Of a stretch of DNA of 64,000 bases, positions 57,461 through 64,000 are shown piece by piece. Below the pieces are notes generated by a model. That model saw only the letters and a program-made list of their open reading frames with translations, had not been told where the DNA came from and made no database searches. A program made the translations under genes and the position numbers. Location: NCBI GenBank assembly GCA_949525845.1, contig CATEPI010000006.1, positions 33,917-97,916 of the forward strand, written 5' to 3'. Every line of letters starts with the position of its first letter. Positions within the stretch are counted from its first letter, which is position 1. Source of the stretch: an uncultured Eubacteriales bacterium. GTDB taxonomy: Bacteria > Bacillota > Clostridia > Oscillospirales > Oscillospiraceae.

Positions 57461-57871
57461 TCAATCCAATTCTTCGCCGTCCAGATCGGCGGTGTCGTGG
57501 TAGTCGTCCTCGCCGCCCTCGGCGCCCACCAGCTCGGTGGTCCGCATCCGGCGCTTGTCCTTGGCCGCCTCCACATTCCTGTGGATCAGTTCCTTGACCT
57601 CCCGGGGATTTTTTACGTTTTTCAGGTCCAGGTGGGGGATGCTCTTGTCCGAGGACACCACGCACACCGTCCCCACGCCGAAGATACGCTGACCCAGCGA
57701 CATGTTCAGCTGAAGGTCCCGCACCCGGTAGAGCAGGACCTCGTCGGATTTGATGTTGAAAAATCCGGTCTCGCAGAACAGCCGGTCCCCGCTGAGGCGG
57801 TAGCGGGTGAAGGACAGGGGCAGCCCAAAATGACGCTTGCGGTCCTTCCACAGATATTCGATGGATTCCAT
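57461..57871 (-). CDS. Bacterial PH-domain protein
   Basis: [35 protein letters not shown]. Confidence 0.8.
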   Translation of the reverse strand: MESIEYLWKDRKRHFGLPLSFTRYRLSGDRLFCETGFFNIKSDEVLLYRVRDLQLNMSLGQRIFGVGTVCVVSSDKSIPHLDLKNVKNPREVKELIHRNVEAAKDKRRMRTTELVGAEGGEDDYHDTADLDGEELD

Positions 57872-57894
57872 ATATTGACCCTCCTTATCTTTAT

Positions 57895-58009
57895 GGCTCC
57901 CTCTCTGAGGGAGCTGTCGCCGCCGCAGGCGGTGACTGAGGGAGTTTTCCGTGGACGGACTCCCTCCGTCATTTGCTTCGCAAATGCCACCTCCCTCTGG
58001 GAGGGAGGC
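57895..58009. repeat. REP-like two-hairpin doublet
   Basis: Near copy of 54855-54970. Confidence 0.85.
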
Positions 58010-58015
58010 TTTTTT

Positions 58016-58279
58016 CTACTCCAGCCCGCCCCGTTCCGCTCGGTGGGCCAGGGTGGCGGAGGACAGGGGGGAGATATAGACCACCGGCTCCCCCCAGCGG
58101 CTGTCGGCCAGGATGAAGGACCGGGGCAGGTCGTCGGTGAGCCAGATGGCCCGGCCCTCCGACTCCGCCCGCTCCAGCAGCTCACGGGTCTTATAGGCCC
58201 AGCTAGCGTTGTCCAGGTCGAAAATGCCTAAAATATCCCGGTCGGGGATGACGACGGATTGACCCAAATGCAGGTACAT
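58016..58279 (-). CDS. remB: RemB (DUF370/YaaB-like) protein
   Basis: MYLHLG-ILGIFDLD, PRSFIL, YISPLSSATL; conserved position between recF and gyrB. Confidence 0.85.
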   Translation of the reverse strand: MYLHLGQSVVIPDRDILGIFDLDNASWAYKTRELLERAESEGRAIWLTDDLPRSFILADSRWGEPVVYISPLSSATLAHRAERGGLE

Positions 58280-58282
58280 CTG

Positions 58283-59386
58283 CTACACCAACCTTCCTCC
58301 GTGGATATGAAAGGCCTTTCCACCCTCCAGTCCTTCCAGCTTTTCCTCCTCGCAGCAGGTGATGAATACCTGCCCGCCCCGAATGCGGTTGAGGACGAAG
58401 GCCTGCCGCCGGGGGTCCAGTTCGGAGAGGACGTCGTCCAGCAGGAGGACGGGCCATTCTCCTGTCTCCTCCTGAAAAATCTCCCGCTGGGCCAGCTTGA
58501 GGGACAGCGCCGCCGTCCGGGTCTGGCCCTGGGAGGCGTAGGTCTTGGCGTTTTTCCCGCCGATATCCACGGTTAAATCGTCCTTGTGGGGCCCTGACAG
58601 GCACTGCCGGCTGTCGATTTCCGCCTTGCGGTGCTTCTCCTGGTGTTCCAGCAGCAGGGGGAGCAGTTCCCGGGGCGGGGCCTGGGGGTCGGGGATGTTG
58701 GACACCGTGCTGTACCCCAGATCCAGCCCCTCCCGCCCACCGGAAAACTCCCCGTGGATGGCGGGGGCCCGCTCCCGCAGGCGCTTGACAAAGTGGGCCC
58801 GGTAGTGGATCACAATGGCCCCGGTCTGGGCCATGCGCAGGTTGAAATCGTCCAGGGTGTCCAGCATGGAGGGGTTTTCCGGCCAGTCCCGGAGGATGCG
58901 GGTCTTGTGGCCGTAGAGCCGGCTGTACTCGGCCAGCGCCTGGGCGTATCGGGGCCGCAGCTGACAGATGGCCCCGTCCAAAAACCGCCGCCGCTCCTCG
59001 CTGCCCGCCCGGATCAGGGACAGGTCCTCGGGGCAGAACAGCACGGTATTCAGAATCCCCGCCAGCTCTCCGGCGGTTTTCAGCCGCACCCCGTTGGACC
59101 ACAGCTGCCGGCCCCGCCCCCGGAGGAGCCTGGCCTCCAGGGTAAAATCCCGGTCCCGGCTGAATACCTCCCCCTTGACAAAGGCGGTGTCGACGTCCAG
59201 CATTATCATCTCCCGGTCGTACCGGGCCCGGTGGGACCGGGCGGCGGAGAGATAGGCTACCGCCTCCAGCAGGTTGGTCTTGCCCTGGGCGTTGTCGCCG
59301 TAGATCAGATTGACCCGGGGGTCAAATTCCGCCTCCAGGTGGGGGTAGTTGCGGAAAAAATCCAGCTCCAGCCGCTTGACAATCAC
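58283..59386 (-). CDS. recF: DNA replication/repair protein RecF
   Basis: [36 protein letters not shown]. Confidence 0.97.
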   Translation of the reverse strand: MIVKRLELDFFRNYPHLEAEFDPRVNLIYGDNAQGKTNLLEAVAYLSAARSHRARYDREMIMLDVDTAFVKGEVFSRDRDFTLEARLLRGRGRQLWSNGVRLKTAGELAGILNTVLFCPEDLSLIRAGSEERRRFLDGAICQLRPRYAQALAEYSRLYGHKTRILRDWPENPSMLDTLDDFNLRMAQTGAIVIHYRAHFVKRLRERAPAIHGEFSGGREGLDLGYSTVSNIPDPQAPPRELLPLLLEHQEKHRKAEIDSRQCLSGPHKDDLTVDIGGKNAKTYASQGQTRTAALSLKLAQREIFQEETGEWPVLLLDDVLSELDPRRQAFVLNRIRGGQVFITCCEEEKLEGLEGGKAFHIHGGRLV

Positions 59387-59598
59387 GTGACCACAAGCTC
59401 CGTCTCGCCGTCAATCACTGCCCGGTCTCCGGGGCGCAGCTTCTTCCCCCGCATGGGGCAGACCTCCCCGTTGACAGCCACCCGGCCCTCCTGGATAATC
59501 AGCTTGGCATCCCCGCCCGTCTCCACCGCCCCGGCGAATTTGAGCAGGTCCTGGAGCTTGATAAATTCGGTGTGTATTTTGATTTCGTGGGTTTCCAT
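59383..59598 (-). CDS. yaaA: S4-domain RNA-binding protein YaaA
   Basis: [25 protein letters not shown]. Confidence 0.92.
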   Translation of the reverse strand: METHEIKIHTEFIKLQDLLKFAGAVETGGDAKLIIQEGRVAVNGEVCPMRGKKLRPGDRAVIDGETELVVT

Positions 59599-59642
59599 TG
59601 CTATCCTCTTTTCAAGCGTCTTTCGTCCCCCCGCAGGGGCAA

Positions 59643-59823
59643 GCCTCCTTTTGAAAGGAGGTGCCCCAGTGCGCACACTGGGGCGGAGGATTGCATTTTG
59701 GCGAAGCCAAAATATGCGGAGCAAACCCAGGTTTGCAAAACTTTGTTTACTCCGTATGTTTTGCTTTGCAAAACGCAATCCTCAGTCAGCCTTACGGCTG
59801 ACAGCTCCTTTCCAAAGGAGCCT
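59643..59823. mobile_element. Composite REP/MITE-like element, copy 2 (interior inverted relative to copy 1)
   Basis: Outer units match 20925-21095; the interior matches the reverse complement of that copy's interior. Confidence 0.75.
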
Positions 59824-59847
59824 TACCCCCTGAAGCAAGACGGGAAT

Positions 59848-60954
59848 TTAATTCGCCTTCAACCGCACAGGCAGCACCATATAGGTAAAATTCTCCTCCC
59901 CCTCGGCGGGCAGGATAACGCAGGGGGCCACGCCGGAAGTAAACTCCATGCGCAGCTTGTCGGCGGGGGCGGCCTTCAGGGCGTCCATAAGGAACTTGTT
60001 GTTAAAGCCGATTTCCAACCCGCCGCCGTCGCCGGAGATCACGCACTGGTCGGCGGCGTCGCCGATGGCGGTCTTGGTGGTGATATCCACCATACCGTCT
60101 CCAAAGACGCAGCGCAGAGGGGATTTCAGCTTTTCGCTGATGATAAGAGACACCCGGTCAATGGAGGACAGCAGGGCCCGGGCCTCTACCTCCACCTTGA
60201 TGGAGTTGTTCCGGGGGATGGCGTTGCGGTAAGCCAGAAAATCCCCCTCCAGCCGGCGGCACACCAGCACGGTGTCCCCTGTCTGAAACAGGATATGGCG
60301 GGCCCCCTGGGTAATGGTGACCTGCTCTTCACCGGAACAGATCTTCTCTACCTCACCCAGGGCGGAGCCGGGCACCACGAAGGAAAAGGTCTCCGCCCCT
60401 TTTTTCTCCTCCACCGCCTCATGGCGCAGGGCCAGCCGGTAGCCGTCCACCGATACCACGGTAAGGCCGTCCCCCTCCACCTCAAAGAGGGAACCGGTGT
60501 GGATGGGCCGGCTCTCGTTGTCGCTGACGGCAAAGAGGGTCTGTCCGATCATGGACCGCAGCACCGGCTGACCGATGGTGAGGGAGTTCTGCTGGTCCAC
60601 AGTGGGCAGCTCGGGGAACTCCTCCGGGTCAGTGCCCAGGATGTTGAACTCAGACAGGCCGCACTTGATATTCACCGTGTATCCCTGGGAGGTAAACACC
60701 ACCACGTCGTCGGGCATCTTGCGGACAATCTCCCCAAAGAGCCGGGCGGAGAGCACCAGGGAGCCCCCTTCGGCAATCTCGGCGGGGACGGTGGCCTGGA
60801 TGCCGGTCTCCAGGTTGTAGCCGGTGAGGCGCAGGGTCTGGCCCGCCTCAATGAGAATCCCCTCCATGGCGGGGATGGAGCTCTTGGCGGCCACCGCCCG
60901 GGAGGTAATGGACACCGCGCTGGACAGCAGGGCCTTTTCACAGGAGAATTTCAT
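59848..60954 (-). CDS. dnaN: DNA polymerase III beta clamp
   Basis: MKFSCEK, GYNLETGI, VSVDGYRLA, IGFNNKFL, VLPVRL. Confidence 0.96.
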   Translation of the reverse strand: MKFSCEKALLSSAVSITSRAVAAKSSIPAMEGILIEAGQTLRLTGYNLETGIQATVPAEIAEGGSLVLSARLFGEIVRKMPDDVVVFTSQGYTVNIKCGLSEFNILGTDPEEFPELPTVDQQNSLTIGQPVLRSMIGQTLFAVSDNESRPIHTGSLFEVEGDGLTVVSVDGYRLALRHEAVEEKKGAETFSFVVPGSALGEVEKICSGEEQVTITQGARHILFQTGDTVLVCRRLEGDFLAYRNAIPRNNSIKVEVEARALLSSIDRVSLIISEKLKSPLRCVFGDGMVDITTKTAIGDAADQCVISGDGGGLEIGFNNKFLMDALKAAPADKLRMEFTSGVAPCVILPAEGEENFTYMVLPVRLKAN

Positions 60955-61004
60955 AGAGGTGCCTCCAATCTCGTTCTCTCTCTCCCGCAGGAGGGGAGGA
61001 GAGG

Positions 61005-61180
61005 ATTTTTTTAGTAACAGTAGTCTATAGGCGAAAAAAATGTGGAAACATAGCGCAAAGCCTTGCAGCACTAAGAAAAGCGTCTCAACAGGGGGTGTGG
61101 ACAGAGACGGAGGGTTTTCCACAGGGGCCAAACTGTCCACATTTCTCCACAGACAATCCACATTTTTTTGTGGAGAACTT
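61005..61180. other. Probable oriC (dnaA-dnaN intergenic region)
   Basis: Seven DnaA-box-like 9-mers (61041, 61096, 61115, 61133, 61143, 61154, 61169) next to TAG-TAA-CAG-TAG trio-like repeats (61012-61023) and a T-run. Confidence 0.8.
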
Positions 61181-61182
61181 GT

Positions 61183-61261
61183 GTAGGGCAAGGGCTCTGC
61201 CCTTGCCTTTCTTACAAGGGTTAAAGACCTGTTCCAGGCAAGGGCAGAGCCCTTGCCCTAC
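61183..61261. repeat. GTAG-type REP doublet abutting oriC
   Basis: gtagggcaagggctctgcccttgcc / ggcaagggcagagcccttgccctac. Confidence 0.85.
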
Positions 61262-61284
61262 ATTACGAAAGCGGCGGAAATGCC

Positions 61285-62601
61285 CTACTCGTACCGGGAA
61301 TTGATATTGGTGGTAATGTCCTTGATGATCTCCGCCTTTTCCGGGTCGGTTTTCACCAGGTCCTCAATGCGGTTGAGGGCGTTCAAAACGGTGCTGTGGT
61401 CCCGGCCGCCGAACTCGGCGCCGATCTCCTTCAGCGACAGGTTGGTCATGCGGCGGATCTGGAACATGGCGATCTGCCGGGCCAGGGAAATGTCCTTGGA
61501 GCGCCCCTGCCCCCGGAGGAGGGAGGGCTCCAGGTTATAGAACTTGCACACCTCCTCAATAATCACGTCGGCGGTGGGCAGAATGTCGGACTTCTCCTTA
61601 AAAATGTCCTTTACCGCCCGGATGACCGTGTTTTTATCCACCTTGTCCCCATTGATATCCTGATAGGCCATAATCTTGTTCACGGTGCCCTCAATCTGCC
61701 GCACATTGGCGGTGATGGTCTCGGCGATGAGCTGGATAATATAGTCGGGCAGTTCCATCCCCATACGGATGGCCTTGTTTTTGATGATGGCGGTGCGGGT
61801 CTCGTAGTCCGGGGGGATGATATCGGCCAGCAGGCCCCACTCGAAGCGGGTTTTTAGCCGGTCCTCCAGCCGAAGCATCTCCTTGGGGGGGCGGTCGGAG
61901 GTGAAGGCGATCTGTTTTTTCAGCTCATAGAGGGTGTTGAAGGTGTGAAACATCTCCTCCTGGGTGGAGTCCCGGCCGGCGATAAACTGCACGTCGTCCA
62001 TGAGAAACACGTCCGCCCGGCGGTACTTGTCCCGGAACTCCTGGGTGCGCCCCTCCCGGATGGCGGCCACCAGCTCGTTGGTGAAGGCGTCCCCCTTCAC
62101 GTAGATGATTTTATAGTCCGGGTGGTCGGCGTGGATGGCGTGGGCGATGGAGTAGAGCAGGTGGGTCTTGCCCAGGCCGGACTCGCCGTAGATGAACAGG
62201 GGGTTATAGCTCAGCCCGGGATTCTCCGCCGCCTTCCGGGCGGCGGCGTGGGCAAACTTATTGGAGGAGCCCACCACAAAGCGGTCGAAGGTGTATTCCT
62301 CGGTGCCCGGGAGGAAGATGGAGGGCTTTGGCTTGGCGGCAAAGGTGTTCAGTTCCCCCTCGGTGAGCACCTCCACCTGGAAGTCGGCGGAGAACAGCTC
62401 ATGGAGGGCGTTCTGGATGGGGAGGACATACCGGGCGGCGATGATATCCCGCTTGAACCGGGTGGGGCTGTACAGGACAAGGCGGCTCTCCTCCAGGGTG
62501 ACGGCCTGGGTATCGTCAAACCAGGTATTCAGGGTGGTGGCGGTCATCTCCGCTCCCATGAGGGCTTTCACCTTCTCCCAGACTTCGGCGGCGGGATTCA
62601 T
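61285..62601 (-). CDS. dnaA: Chromosomal replication initiator DnaA
   Basis: YNPLFIYGESGLGKTHL, DDVQF, RLKTRFEWG, GGRDHSTV. Confidence 0.98.
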   Translation of the reverse strand: MNPAAEVWEKVKALMGAEMTATTLNTWFDDTQAVTLEESRLVLYSPTRFKRDIIAARYVLPIQNALHELFSADFQVEVLTEGELNTFAAKPKPSIFLPGTEEYTFDRFVVGSSNKFAHAAARKAAENPGLSYNPLFIYGESGLGKTHLLYSIAHAIHADHPDYKIIYVKGDAFTNELVAAIREGRTQEFRDKYRRADVFLMDDVQFIAGRDSTQEEMFHTFNTLYELKKQIAFTSDRPPKEMLRLEDRLKTRFEWGLLADIIPPDYETRTAIIKNKAIRMGMELPDYIIQLIAETITANVRQIEGTVNKIMAYQDINGDKVDKNTVIRAVKDIFKEKSDILPTADVIIEEVCKFYNLEPSLLRGQGRSKDISLARQIAMFQIRRMTNLSLKEIGAEFGGRDHSTVLNALNRIEDLVKTDPEKAEIIKDITTNINSRYE

Positions 62602-62849
62602 GGCGCTCCTCCTTTTCATTCATTCAAAGCGCCTTCTCCGCCCGGAGGGGAGAAGGCACAGAAATATGTGGTTTTCCACTCCTTACATTATACCAAAAAA
62701 CGGGAGAGTCGGCAAGGTTTTTCCACATTTTTTATTTTAAATGTATAAAAAAAGAGGACAGCTCTTGTGTGTGGAGGAAAAAGACGCTACAAGATGTTGC
62801 AGGACGGGAAAAAACTGAAAAAAAACCCCTCCCCGGAGAAAAAAAGATG

Positions 62850-62879
62850 GTTGACAGGGGCGGCAGTTATCCGTTATAA
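62850..62879 (+). promoter_or_regulatory. rpmH operon promoter
   Basis: TTGACA-18-TATAAT. Confidence 0.75.
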
Positions 62880-63030
62880 TGTTGGTCGTATCTTTTGGAG
62901 GAAAGGGCGGCGCCCTTCCCCTCCGGCCGTCCTGACGGGACGGCGCAGATCCGCAGACCGCAGCTCTGCAACAGGGCTGTTGTTGGGCCGGGAGAGCCGG
63001 CTTGAAATCTAAACTGAGGAGGTGTCCCCC

Positions 63031-63165
63031 ATGCTTCGTACCTATCAGCCCAAAAAGCGTCAGCGCTCCAAGGAGCACGGCTTCCGCAAGCGTATGGCCA
63101 CCCGCAATGGCCGCAAGGTGCTGGCTCGCCGCCGCGCCAAGGGCCGCGCCCGCCTGACCCACTAA
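63031..63165 (+). CDS. rpmH: 50S ribosomal protein L34 (not in ORF track)
   Basis: [44 protein letters not shown]. Confidence 0.97.
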   Translation: MLRTYQPKKRQRSKEHGFRKRMATRNGRKVLARRRAKGRARLTH

Positions 63166-63289
63166 GGGCAAGGCAGCCGGCCGCCCCTGCCGCCTGTGTG
63201 CGGCCCCACCGGGACAGACAGTTTAGATAGCGCACAACCAGGGGCGTGGGATCAGATCCTCCGCCCTCTCTGTGCATACGGAGGAAAAC

Positions 63290-63646
63290 ATGAAGCATAC
63301 CATCCCTCTGAAACAGAATCATGAGTTTCGCCGGCTGTACAGCAAGGGAAAGAGTGCTGTCTCCCCCTACTTTGTCGTCTACTGCCGGAGGACCAACCGG
63401 CCTCTCAGCCGGCTGGGCATCACCACCGGGGTAAAGCTGGGCAACGCCGTCAAGCGCAACCGGGTCCGCCGCCGCATCCGGGAACTGTACCGCATCCACG
63501 AGGCGGACCTGCTCCCCGGCTACGACATTGTGATTGTGGCCCGCACCCGGGCCATCTACGGCCGTTACTCTGAGCTGAAACGCAGCTTCGTCCAGCAGAT
63601 GAAAAAGCTGGGCCTTGCCGCACCAAAGGGGGATGGGCCCCGGTGA
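63290..63646 (+). CDS. rnpA: Ribonuclease P protein component
   Basis: [25 protein letters not shown] (RNR motif). Confidence 0.96.
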   Translation: MKHTIPLKQNHEFRRLYSKGKSAVSPYFVVYCRRTNRPLSRLGITTGVKLGNAVKRNRVRRRIRELYRIHEADLLPGYDIVIVARTRAIYGRYSELKRSFVQQMKKLGLAAPKGDGPR

Positions 63647-63861
63647 AGCGGCTGCTTCTGTCCCTGATTCGGTTCTACCGGCAGGAAATCTCACCCCTGC
63701 GCCCCCCATGCTGCCGTTTCATCCCTACCTGCTCGGAGTACGCCCTGGAGGCGGTGGAAAAGTATGGTGTTTTCAGGGGGGGCTGGCTGGCCCTGCGCCG
63801 GCTGGCGCGGTGCCACCCCTTCCACCGGCAGAAGTCCGTGGAGTACGATCCGGTACCGTAA
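63643..63861 (+). CDS. yidD: Membrane protein insertion efficiency factor
   Basis: [20 protein letters not shown]. Confidence 0.95.
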   Translation: MKRLLLSLIRFYRQEISPLRPPCCRFIPTCSEYALEAVEKYGVFRGGWLALRRLARCHPFHRQKSVEYDPVP

Positions 63862-63963
63862 CCCTGTCAGCCTCTGGCTGACGGAGAGGGCCCTCTCCGG
63901 CCCTCCGGGCCGCCTCCCTCATAGGGAGGTAAGGCCTTAACTTGATATGCGGAGGTATTTTTA

Positions 63964-64000
63964 GTGGGTATTATTTTACAACCCTTTGCCTGGCTGCTGC
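63964..64000 (+). CDS. yidC: Start of a probable YidC/Oxa1 insertase (truncated by window edge)
   Basis: GTG after GGAGGT, MGIILQPFAWLL; call rests mainly on synteny. Confidence 0.55.
   Translation, partial: MGIILQPFAWLL

Noticed and set aside
63166-63289. RNase P RNA or another ncRNA next to rnpA
   Set aside because: Too short, and lacks the P4 consensus; only GC-rich hairpins.

Overview
GC-rich Clostridia-type chromosome segment, probably Oscillospiraceae-like (inferred from gene content and style). It ends at the replication origin: yidC(partial)-yidD-rnpA-rpmH / dnaA-oriC-dnaN-yaaA-recF-remB-gyrB-gyrA. Family names come from motif recognition, not from database searches. The core genes are pth, prs, a half-length glmU, proA/proB/proC, a thiolase, tadA, mnmG, secG, pncB, glyQS with a Gly T-box, an FMN riboswitch with its ECF S-component, typA, rubrerythrin and rnhA. 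Many small accessory modules are interleaved with them: (1) a D-Asp peptidoglycan locus with a catalytically degenerate Alr-like protein and a MurE fused to a degenerate ArgB-like domain; (2) six toxin-antitoxin or Abi loci (HicAB, a ToxIN-like type III system with degenerate repeats, an AbiF/Abi_2 HEPN gene with an upstream RNA, RelE plus antitoxin, and two Fst-like type I loci flanking pncB); (3) tiny divergent XRE/RHH regulator cassettes; (4) immunity-like ORFans; (5) numerous REP-like palindromes. Several real small genes are missing from the ORF track: rpmH, one Fst-like toxin, four RHH-like genes and a 49-aa protein. The best candidate for an undescribed system is a DIP1984-family coiled-coil gene. 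It is followed 15 nt after its stop by a 91-nt tRNA-like cloverleaf (7-bp acceptor-like stem stacked on a canonical TTCGAAT T-arm) with a structured 3' tail, directly upstream of rnhA. No CRISPR array, rRNA, canonical tRNA or transposase gene was found.
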